Source of the DNA: Nitrososphaeraceae archaeon
GTDB lineage: Archaea; Thermoproteota; Nitrososphaeria; Nitrososphaerales; Nitrososphaeraceae
Direction of reading: 5' to 3'
Assembly: GCA_044870765.1 (NCBI GenBank)
Contig: JBIOZG010000023.1
Location: forward strand, 1-14,473
Length of the DNA stretch: 14,473 nt
Numbering within the stretch: the first letter of the stretch is position 1; each line of letters starts with the position of its first letter. Under the pieces are notes generated by a model that saw only the letters and a list, made by a program, of their open reading frames with translations, did not search any database and had not been told where the DNA came from. This document shows positions 7,672 to 14,473 of the stretch, piece by piece. Made by a program: the position numbers and the translations under genes.

Positions 7672-8922
7672 CTATCTTATAGTAAACCTTTTTGGCCGCA
7701 CGCCGTAATCCTCTCTTTCTTTGCTTGTCATATCAAAAATTGTTTTCATCATGTTTTCATAATGCGTCGACATACTGATATTTCTTCTTGACATCATCCT
7801 TTTTTGAAACTTAATTGCTGAGGATCCATCCATTTGAGCATTTTGGGATCCGATTCCTTGACCATAGATAACATAGGAAGGAACATCATTGGCAATATTG
7901 CCATAAAGATGTGAAGATATTCCAATTCTCATTCCACAATAAATATTTGTACCTATTGATGTTTTGGACATGTCACCAAAAAAAGAACCTAATTTAGTTA
8001 TTCCCGTATCTTTTTTTTCATCTCCAATTTTCATTGACACTGTTCCATAGGTCATTTTAAGATCGGATGTAGTTGTATTGGCGCCAATATTCACCCATTC
8101 TCCGACATAAGAGTGGCCCAAATACCCATAGTGAGATTTGTTAGTATAATCCAAAATTATTGAAGAATCGATTTCTCCACCTATGCGACAATTATTGCCA
8201 ATATACGAATTGTTGATAGTCGAATATGGTTTTAGTTGTGTGAGTTCCCCAACATAAACAGGACCAATGATTGAAGATTGACCTATAACGGATTCAGGTC
8301 CAATGTAGATAGGCCCACCACTTGCGTCAAGGACAGTACCTAGGCCAATATTAGAAGTCTCGTCCACAAAAATGGGGTTTTTGCCAATAACTTTTACTTC
8401 CTTAGGGACTTTATTTTTTAGTTTAAGTTGATGTTGTAATACGTTTTTAAGTCCAGAAATGAGATCCCATGGCCAGCTGTAGAGACTACCACATTCATCC
8501 GTGCTATTAATATGAATTATTTCTGCTGTTAATTTACTATTCCGAACATCTTTATCATGAATTACTGTTTCATAGAGATATTTATAGTCTGATTTGTCTA
8601 ATCTTGCTATTAGAATCTTGTCTCTATAAGAGACCAAAAAATTCTTTCTCTTAGTCACTTTCTTAAAGAACGACATATGAGGAAAGAAAAGTGAATTGAC
8701 GAATATATCATTGGAGTCATATTCGAATTTGTTTACATTGCAGTTTGGATGTCTCTGCCTGGTCATATTTTCTAAGTATTTTCGTGTTAGAAGTTTTGCT
8801 GATTTAATATTGAAGTAGTCAAAAGTTGTCAGGCTCCCAATTTTAAGGTCGAACAATGATCTTGTATAGCTAAGTGGTACAAATTTTTTCCAACTAGTAT
8901 CTTCAAAGAGAACGATACTCAT
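7672..8922 (-). CDS. GlmU-related protein: degenerate sugar-nucleotidyltransferase N-domain plus left-handed beta-helix acyltransferase domain
   Basis: N-terminal LFED..W..F.PL...R..FDL.IG, then WPWDLI, hexapeptide repeats (GPIYIG, GPVYVG, IGNNCRIGGEI), NKSHYGYLGHSYVGEWVNIGA.TTTSDLK and KLGSFFGD.SKT.IG. Confidence 0.85.
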   Translation of the reverse strand: MSIVLFEDTSWKKFVPLSYTRSLFDLKIGSLTTFDYFNIKSAKLLTRKYLENMTRQRHPNCNVNKFEYDSNDIFVNSLFFPHMSFFKKVTKRKNFLVSYRDKILIARLDKSDYKYLYETVIHDKDVRNSKLTAEIIHINSTDECGSLYSWPWDLISGLKNVLQHQLKLKNKVPKEVKVIGKNPIFVDETSNIGLGTVLDASGGPIYIGPESVIGQSSIIGPVYVGELTQLKPYSTINNSYIGNNCRIGGEIDSSIILDYTNKSHYGYLGHSYVGEWVNIGANTTTSDLKMTYGTVSMKIGDEKKDTGITKLGSFFGDMSKTSIGTNIYCGMRIGISSHLYGNIANDVPSYVIYGQGIGSQNAQMDGSSAIKFQKRMMSRRNISMSTHYENMMKTIFDMTSKEREDYGVRPKRFTIR

Positions 8923-8925
8923 GAT

Positions 8926-9633
8926 TTAGATTTTTCCCAGGCGCTCCACATATTTTTTGTATGTTTGTAGGTATGATTTTTTATCCCCTATATCAATGAA
9001 TCCTGATTCTATTTTAAACCCATTTACGAGTTTTTTCATATCCAATGCCTCTCGAACAGCATCATCCATTCCATATGCGTTTGAAGGGGGAATCAAATCA
9101 ATAAACTCCGGTTCCATAACATAGCAACCTATGTTTATTAATCCCTTTATTTCGGGTTTTTCATTCCATGCGGTAACCCTGTTGTTTCCATTTATGTCAA
9201 TAAAACCGTACTTTAGTCTTGCTTTGTAGGACAATAAGGCCATGGAAATAAATGCTCCAAGCCTGTCGTGTTCATTTATCATTTCCTTAAGTGAGAACTC
9301 ATAAATGGCATCCCCGTACACACAAACAAATTTATCATCGATAAATTTTTTTGCGGTTAATAGCTGTCCTGCAGTTGCAAGCGGTCTATCGGATCTTGCA
9401 TATTCTATCTTTATGCCCAGCCTGCTTCCGTCTTCAAAATAGTCTTCTATCGATCTATGTAAGTAACTTACACATATTACAATATGATCTATGCCGTTGT
9501 CATCATTCTTTAACCACTCAATAATGTGTTCTAATAAGGGCTTGTTTCCCAGTGGCAGCATAGGTTTGGGAATGAAAAATGTATATGGTTGAAGACGTGT
9601 TCCAAGACCTCCAGCTAAAATTATTGCCTTCAT
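8926..9633 (-). CDS. Sugar-phosphate nucleotidyltransferase (NTP_transferase family)
   Basis: KAIILAGGLGTRLQPYT...PKPMLPLGNKP signature; also YF.DGS.LG..I.Y, PL.TAG.L, YGD, EKP, INIGCY and DIG. No C-terminal beta-helix. Confidence 0.92.
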   Translation of the reverse strand: MKAIILAGGLGTRLQPYTFFIPKPMLPLGNKPLLEHIIEWLKNDDNGIDHIVICVSYLHRSIEDYFEDGSRLGIKIEYARSDRPLATAGQLLTAKKFIDDKFVCVYGDAIYEFSLKEMINEHDRLGAFISMALLSYKARLKYGFIDINGNNRVTAWNEKPEIKGLINIGCYVMEPEFIDLIPPSNAYGMDDAVREALDMKKLVNGFKIESGFIDIGDKKSYLQTYKKYVERLGKI

Positions 9634-9638
9634 CTAAA

Positions 9639-9662
9639 ATTATAGTTTAATTGAACTATAAT
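9639..9662. promoter_or_regulatory. Near-perfect 24-bp palindrome; candidate operator
   Basis: ATTATAGTT-T-AATT-G-AACTATAAT has 11 of 12 pairs symmetric. It begins 5 nt upstream of the 9633 start codon and overlaps a TATA-like TTATATTA (minus strand, 9659-9666). Confidence 0.55.
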
Positions 9663-9678
9663 ATAAGGTAAAAACTAT

Positions 9679-11031
9679 TCAAATATTTTTATCTTTAAGT
9701 ACTTTTTTAACCTTGTCAACAACTTCCTGAGGAGTCTGCCCAAAAATTATTATCATCGGCTCCTTTCCGATATCCCCTGAATGATATATGACGTCGGCGT
9801 CAGGGTTGGCGCTTAACGCTCTACTGATCCCCCATGGGACAGAACTACCCTCTCTACCTTTGATGGTTTTTGGTTCCTGTTTTCTATAGTAGTGAGCTAC
9901 TCGATATAATCTGGTACAACTTTCTAACACTTTTTTATCATTTTTGATGTTAATTGCTGATCTTACCAGATGGTTGGTTTTCATATATTCCAGTACTGAG
10001 GAGGCTACATGTTTTGAAGCACCAAACTTAATACCAGCGGCTGGAACACTCCTTTCTCCGGCGTTTACAATACGTCCGCTGACTCCGGCAACATCGTCGA
10101 CGCTTTTGGCATTGGGTATTGCGTAGACAATATTTGATTGAGTTTCTGGGATTAATCTTGCAAAATTCTTCATGCTAGTTAATTCCTCAACTGCCTCAGT
10201 CAACTCTTTTATCACATTATATCTACAAGATTGTTCATACATAGTTGAAATCGGGTTATTAACCGGAATCCCTCTTCCAATTTTGACAATATTGACAATT
10301 GAATTGTGCACATATTGACTACCCATAATGCAGGCTTGAACTATTGGAAATTGCAATGCTATAAAAGCGGTTACTGCAGCAGAAAAGTTGCAACCACTTC
10401 CATGAGTTTCAACTATTTTTATTCTATTCTTTTTTAATATTGTGAACTTTCCTTTATAATCTAAGATTGTATCTGTAATTATTTCATCGTCCTTTCTAAA
10501 ATGACCGCCTTTTACAACAACATTTTTTGCTCCAAGTTTTTGTATTTTTAAAGCGGCTTTTTTAATATCGTCTTCGCTCTTTATCATAATCCCGGACAGC
10601 TTTTCTGCTTCGTGTATATTAGGAGTGACTACATCGCAAATAGGTAGTAGTTTGTTCTTAAAATCATTTAGAAATTCCTTTTGAAGTAGTTGCGCTCCAG
10701 TACCCGCGGAAATAATTGGATCTAGCACAATAGGGATTTTCAATTTATTTAGGGTATCGCTTACTGCGATAATAATTTCATTATTGTAAACCATTCCAAT
10801 CTTTAATGCATGAATTGGAATATCCGATAATACCGACCTGATCTGTTTTTTAACTGTGCCAGCATCAAGTGGATGAATGTGGTTTACATTTAATGTATTT
10901 TGCGCGGTTATTGCTGTGATGACAGTGCACGAGTATATGCCTAATGCAGACATGGTCTTTATATCTGCCTGAATCCCAGCACCACCACTTGAATCGCTAC
11001 CCGCTATTGTTAGCGCTGCTCGTACCAACAT
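9679..11031 (-). CDS. thiDN: Bifunctional HMP/HMP-P kinase (ThiD) fused to archaeal thiamine-phosphate synthase (ThiN)
   Basis: ThiD motifs LTIAGSDSSGGAGIQADIKT, TAQNT, KIGM, LDP, TPN..EA, KGGH and THGSGC. ThiN motifs IPE..SNIVYA, DVAG..GRI, FGASKHVA, RSAINI and GDIGKEPM. Confidence 0.95.
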   Translation of the reverse strand: MLVRAALTIAGSDSSGGAGIQADIKTMSALGIYSCTVITAITAQNTLNVNHIHPLDAGTVKKQIRSVLSDIPIHALKIGMVYNNEIIIAVSDTLNKLKIPIVLDPIISAGTGAQLLQKEFLNDFKNKLLPICDVVTPNIHEAEKLSGIMIKSEDDIKKAALKIQKLGAKNVVVKGGHFRKDDEIITDTILDYKGKFTILKKNRIKIVETHGSGCNFSAAVTAFIALQFPIVQACIMGSQYVHNSIVNIVKIGRGIPVNNPISTMYEQSCRYNVIKELTEAVEELTSMKNFARLIPETQSNIVYAIPNAKSVDDVAGVSGRIVNAGERSVPAAGIKFGASKHVASSVLEYMKTNHLVRSAINIKNDKKVLESCTRLYRVAHYYRKQEPKTIKGREGSSVPWGISRALSANPDADVIYHSGDIGKEPMIIIFGQTPQEVVDKVKKVLKDKNI

Positions 11032-11090
11032 TGGAAATATTCTGATAATGGATTATTCAGTCTATCGGAATTGCAGTCCTAATTATTTGA

Positions 11091-11273
11091 CTACTCGTAA
11101 TCTGTAAAAATGCTATTGATGTATGACAGTAATTCATCGCGTAATTGAATTACCTTTGTGCGCTTATCGCCGTCCAAATCAGTATGTAACAGTACATCTA
11201 GACCTTGTACTAGATACTGGATATTCGGCAGGGTAAGCAAGGATTTTAAATTAGACACATCTTGATTGCTCAA
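11091..11273 (-). CDS. Small hypothetical helical protein (60 aa)
   Basis: Fills the gap co-directionally with its neighbours; TTG start; amphipathic-helix composition; no recognisable motif. Confidence 0.5.
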   Translation of the reverse strand: MSNQDVSNLKSLLTLPNIQYLVQGLDVLLHTDLDGDKRTKVIQLRDELLSYINSIFTDYE

Positions 11274-11339
11274 TGAATTACTTTGTAGCCGGTTAATGTT
11301 AAGTATTATGGATTAGTTGGCTATGATTTGATTATGAGA

Positions 11340-11726
11340 CTACCTAACAAAAAATTCCTTTCCGTAGGCTATTTCGAATTTCTTTAATATATTGATACAA
11401 CCAGGTTCGACGAACACATTTCTTTTTTCATCTGTGTGGTATGCAATTAAACTATCTTGATTCTTTCCAAATATCGATCTTCCACAAATTACACACCTGT
11501 GGACTTCATCAAACAGGTCTAAGGCTTCGGAACCATAAGCATTTATAATAAATTTACTCCCGTCCATACCTTCAGCTTCAATATAGTAATATTCTATCCC
11601 ATTGTTCATGTAAATTACTTTTTCTGGCAGGAAACTAAATCTACATTTTTTATTTACAAGGTCGTGAACCAGGTTCTTTATGTCGGATGGGGCAACTGGT
11701 TTATGAACTAATTTACTACCACTCAA
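11340..11726 (-). CDS. Hypothetical protein with C-terminal TRASH/YHS-like metal-binding motif
   Basis: C-terminal CVICG...VFVEPGC pattern (CxxC plus a distal Cys after an aromatic residue). The TTG start has a strong Shine-Dalgarno upstream. Confidence 0.65.
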   Translation of the reverse strand: MSGSKLVHKPVAPSDIKNLVHDLVNKKCRFSFLPEKVIYMNNGIEYYYIEAEGMDGSKFIINAYGSEALDLFDEVHRCVICGRSIFGKNQDSLIAYHTDEKRNVFVEPGCINILKKFEIAYGKEFFVR

Positions 11727-11735
11727 TTAAATTAT

Positions 11736-11741
11736 CCTCCC
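11736..11741 (-). promoter_or_regulatory. Shine-Dalgarno GGGAGG for the 11726 TTG start
   Basis: Minus strand reads AAAAGGGAGGATAATTTAA-TTG. Confidence 0.65.
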
Positions 11742-11843
11742 TTTTGAATTTAAGCAAGTCAATCACACTTTATGTTCCGCTCAAATACAGATAAACCAGA
11801 TTAAGCTTGGAATATGAAAATTTTAACTAAATTATAATAACTA

Positions 11844-11889
11844 AGCTTCGGATCTGATGCTTTTTTGTTTGCTTATGATAACCGAAGCT
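11844..11889. other. Intergenic inverted repeat / hairpin
   Basis: AGCTTCGG (11844-11851) and CCGAAGCT (11882-11889) form perfect 8-bp arms, with additional inner ATC/GAT pairing. Confidence 0.5.
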
Positions 11890-11969
11890 AATGATTGTTA
11901 ATATCTTATTTAGAATAACTAACTTCGTAAATCAAAAGAAAAAATAAAAAATATTTTTTCTAAAGTATA

Positions 11970-12443
11970 TTATTTCACGTATTGCTTTTGTGCGGATGTA
12001 TAGAAGTTTGACCATGTATTGGCTAAGTTTGCATTATATTCGGTCACTGTCTCAACTGTTTTACTATACAATTTGATATTCTCCCTACTTGCGTTTAGAC
12101 TATCTATTGCTAATTGATTGGCAGCATCGAACACATGAAATGCTTGAGAGGTGGCTTCGTTGGATTGTTTTCTATATTGTTCTGAATATGGACCTTCCAT
12201 TGGTGTAAAGGAATTTCTTGCAGTATTTCTATACCAGGTTTTTTGAATTGCAAAAGTCCTGTTTATCGTTTCTTTTGTCACTTGAAGGTAATCTTGCTGT
12301 AGATTTGAAATTGATTGTGCGTATTGTGGCTGATATTTTGCAATTTCATCGACCGTTCTTAACATATTTTGCTTGCACGTGTCTAATAATTCGGCGTTTT
12401 CTGCTACATTTTCTCTAGATTTTTCTGTCATTTTCTCTACCAT
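11970..12443 (-). CDS. Hypothetical all-alpha Gln/Asn/Ala/Thr-rich protein (possibly phasin-like)
   Basis: 157 aa of long amphipathic helices (PQYAQSISNLQQDYLQ; NQLAIDSLNASRENIK; NANLANTWSNF). TTTATATA TATA box upstream. Confidence 0.75.
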   Translation of the reverse strand: MVEKMTEKSRENVAENAELLDTCKQNMLRTVDEIAKYQPQYAQSISNLQQDYLQVTKETINRTFAIQKTWYRNTARNSFTPMEGPYSEQYRKQSNEATSQAFHVFDAANQLAIDSLNASRENIKLYSKTVETVTEYNANLANTWSNFYTSAQKQYVK

Positions 12444-12461
12444 TCAATGGCATTAAAAGGG

Positions 12462-12469
12462 TATATAAA
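12462..12469 (-). promoter_or_regulatory. TATA box TTTATATA of the 157-aa gene
   Basis: Consensus archaeal TATA 19-26 nt upstream of ATG 12443, preceded by purine-rich CCAAAGA. Confidence 0.55.
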
Positions 12470-12636
12470 TCTTTGGTAGTCGAAGGGTATTAGCGGTATT
12501 CACTACCATACATATACTATAATAGGAGTATGGAAGATAGAGACAATTCGAAATTATTTATATATTATAAACGGAGAAAAAAGGGTATAAAAATTCAATA
12601 GAAAAATAAACCCCCCACCGGACAATAACTCAGATT

Positions 12637-13326
12637 ATGCAAATAAGCCACTGTAATTTTCCTGAGGGTATTCTTTATGATTTGGATAATTTCATTTGGA
12701 TAAAAAAAGATGACCGGGATGAATCTGTGTTTAGCTTGGGTGCAACATCAATTCTTGCAGCCTTGGCAGGAAAACTAACGAAAATTAAACTTAAAGACAT
12801 TGGCACTATGGTAGAGAAAAACAAAAGTGTAGCATCAATTGAAAGCCTTCGATATTTCGGTATGGTGAGATCACCTGTCAAGGGAAAAATCATTGAAGTT
12901 AATAACACCTTATCTAGCAATCCCAAATCTGTAAACGATTTTCCATATGATGATGGATGGTTTGTAAAGATAAAAACACAATATTCAGATGGAACCAATG
13001 ATTCTGATTTTAATACTGAAAATCTAAAATTCATTAATGATTGTCATGATGAAATTAAAAACCTTATAGACAAGCTTCACATCCGGTGTTTTTCAGCGTT
13101 TCCTGATTATGAGATGTTTGAGATTGGAGTAGAATGTGCAGCAACACTTACAAAGCTGGACGAATTAATTGGCAAAATTGATTTGGGAAACGTAGTTCAT
13201 GTTGTATCTGATGATACCTCTGCGGATCTTGAAATGATAAGATGGTCTGAAGAAAGGGAACAAAGTCTTTTAGAATATAGAAGGGAAGGAACACTTTATC
13301 ATTTTATAGTAAAGAAAATAAAGTAA
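12637..13326 (+). CDS. Fusion of a glycine-cleavage H (GcvH)-like domain lacking the lipoyl Lys with a C-terminal TusA/SirA-like sulfur-carrier domain
   Basis: Residues ~8-113 show P...LY....W, LG.T, IES-L-R, V.SPV.G.IIEVN and P..VN..PY..GWFVKIK (GcvH). Residues ~157-229 show G.EC, G.V.HVVSDD.SA..EM..W and YHFIVKK (TusA fold pattern). Confidence 0.85.
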   Translation: MQISHCNFPEGILYDLDNFIWIKKDDRDESVFSLGATSILAALAGKLTKIKLKDIGTMVEKNKSVASIESLRYFGMVRSPVKGKIIEVNNTLSSNPKSVNDFPYDDGWFVKIKTQYSDGTNDSDFNTENLKFINDCHDEIKNLIDKLHIRCFSAFPDYEMFEIGVECAATLTKLDELIGKIDLGNVVHVVSDDTSADLEMIRWSEEREQSLLEYRREGTLYHFIVKKIK

Positions 13327-13397
13327 AGTAAAAAAATTGAAATGAAAATGACATGGAATTACATGACTAGATTCAAGTCAAATAAAGTGCCATTTGA

Positions 13398-14234
13398 CTA
13401 CTTTTCAATTGGATTGTCTATCATGTTTCCCCATTCTGTCCATGAACCGTCGTAATTTTTGACGTTAGGATATCCTAGGAGATACTTTAGTACAAACCAT
13501 GTATGCGATGATCTTTCACCAATTCTACAATAGGAAATTACTTCTTTATCCGGCGTAATTCCTTTTGCTTGGTAAATCTTTGCTAGCTCATCAGCCGACT
13601 TGAATGTTCCATCCTCATTTACTGCCTGAGCCCACGGAATATTTGCTGCACCTGGAATATGTCCACCCCTTTGAGCATGTTCTGTCGGATATTCTGGAGG
13701 AGCCAATATTTCTCCGGTGAATTCTTTTGGACTTCTGACGTCCACTAACGCCTTACTGCCAAGAGTATCACTCACATACCTTAGAAACACGCGTATGTTG
13801 TTGTCAGGATCAGAACTTTTGAAATTTCCTTTCGGATAAGTAGGCACATCCTTTGTAAGTGCTTTGTCTTCTTCCAGCCATTTTTTCCTTCCTCCATTCA
13901 TCAATTTCATATTCTTGACTCCATAATACGTCAGTGCCCAAAATGCAAACGCAGCAAACCAATTATTAAAATCTCCATAAAGGATTAATGTAGTATCATC
14001 ACTAACTCCTATTCTTTGTAACAAATCCTGGCTTGCTTGCTTGCTCAGAATATTTCTTGCAAGAGGATCGTTAATGTCAACTTTCCAATCTATTAACACT
14101 GATCCTGGTATGTGTCCCAAGACATAGTTTGCAGTAGGATCATAATCTACCTCAGCAATGCGAACTTTGGGATCGTTTAGATGATCTTCGACCCATTTTG
14201 TATCAACTAGAACCTCTGGATGAGAATAATTCAA
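13398..14234 (-). CDS. Tandem-domain rhodanese / thiosulfate sulfurtransferase (CysA/SseA/TtuD-like)
   Basis: HPEVLV.T.WV, GHIPG twice, N.FAAFA.W, GGRKKW, LVDVRSP.EF.G, active-site YCRIGERS and C-terminal YDGSWTEW. TTG start with SD AGGTAGGTG at 14242-14250. Confidence 0.95.
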   Translation of the reverse strand: MNYSHPEVLVDTKWVEDHLNDPKVRIAEVDYDPTANYVLGHIPGSVLIDWKVDINDPLARNILSKQASQDLLQRIGVSDDTTLILYGDFNNWFAAFAFWALTYYGVKNMKLMNGGRKKWLEEDKALTKDVPTYPKGNFKSSDPDNNIRVFLRYVSDTLGSKALVDVRSPKEFTGEILAPPEYPTEHAQRGGHIPGAANIPWAQAVNEDGTFKSADELAKIYQAKGITPDKEVISYCRIGERSSHTWFVLKYLLGYPNVKNYDGSWTEWGNMIDNPIEK

Positions 14235-14344
14235 TTCATAACACCTACCTTAAATTTACTTTTAGCTTATATTAGTTTTTCACGAATAGATACTCGAATA
14301 GTGGTAATATTACTTGAAACTAAAACAATGAAAGTGCTAATTGA

Positions 14345-14473
14345 TTAACCATGATCAGCACCTCTATATCCTATTTTCAATTCCGCATCACCGTCATATT
14401 TTGGCTTGATGGCAAGTTGTCCAGGAGTATATATCAGATGCTCTTTTGTAAATGATGATAATTCATAGTCGTT
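14345..14473 (-). CDS. nuoI: 3' end (5'-partial) of a probable NuoI-like complex I Fe-S subunit
   Basis: Open minus-strand frame reads NDYELSSFTKEHLIYTPGQLAIKPKYDGDAELKIGYRGADHG, then TAA (14347-14345). DYEL....K..LIY resembles the segment after the second ferredoxin motif of NuoI. The Cys motifs would lie outside the window. Confidence 0.6.
   Translation of the reverse strand, partial: NDYELSSFTKEHLIYTPGQLAIKPKYDGDAELKIGYRGADHG

Noticed and set aside
11032-11090. TPP riboswitch upstream of thiDN
   Set aside because: The gap is only 59 nt and lacks the conserved TPP aptamer motifs.
9944-13034. ORFs 9944-10126 (+), 12218-12418 (+) and 12675-13034 (-)
   Set aside because: Antisense shadows of thiDN, the 157-aa gene and the GcvH-TusA fusion.
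12637-13326. Canonical glycine cleavage H protein (gcvH)
   Set aside because: The lipoyl Lys is absent, there is an extra C-terminal domain, and no other gcv genes are nearby.
14230-14250. Out-of-frame ATG AAT TGA mini-ORF (TGAAT duplication) overlapping the rhodanese TTG start
   Set aside because: SD spacing (7 nt) fits the TTG start; a two-codon ORF has no support as a regulatory element.

Overview
AT-rich archaeal chromosomal segment. Gene content and style (ThiDN fusion, pyruvoyl arginine decarboxylase, frequent TTG starts, TATA boxes roughly 20-30 nt upstream of starts, small secreted GGxGxD-repeat protein) suggest an ammonia-oxidising archaeon of the Nitrososphaeraceae, possibly Nitrosocosmicus-like; this is an inference. 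In order, the window holds: the 3' end of a gene built from a perfect 24-bp repeat; a membrane protein; a DCC-family thiol-disulfide protein; pdaD; a secreted Ca-binding repeat protein; a PD-(D/E)XK nuclease-like gene; and a disrupted membrane-protein gene. Next is a nucleotide-sugar cluster in which GalT-like, membrane protein and UDP-GlcNAc 2-epimerase genes converge on GlmU-like and NTP-transferase genes. Then come thiDN, three small hypothetical genes, a GcvH-like/TusA-like fusion converging on a two-domain rhodanese, and the 3' end of a probable nuoI-like gene. The best candidate for an uncharacterised system is the GcvH-TusA fusion: Arg replaces its lipoyl-accepting Lys, its TusA cysteine motif is non-canonical, and it lies next to a CRIGER-type sulfurtransferase, suggesting a lipoate-independent sulfur relay. 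No rRNA, tRNA, CRISPR or mobile element was seen. All family calls are motif recognition by eye, not database searches.
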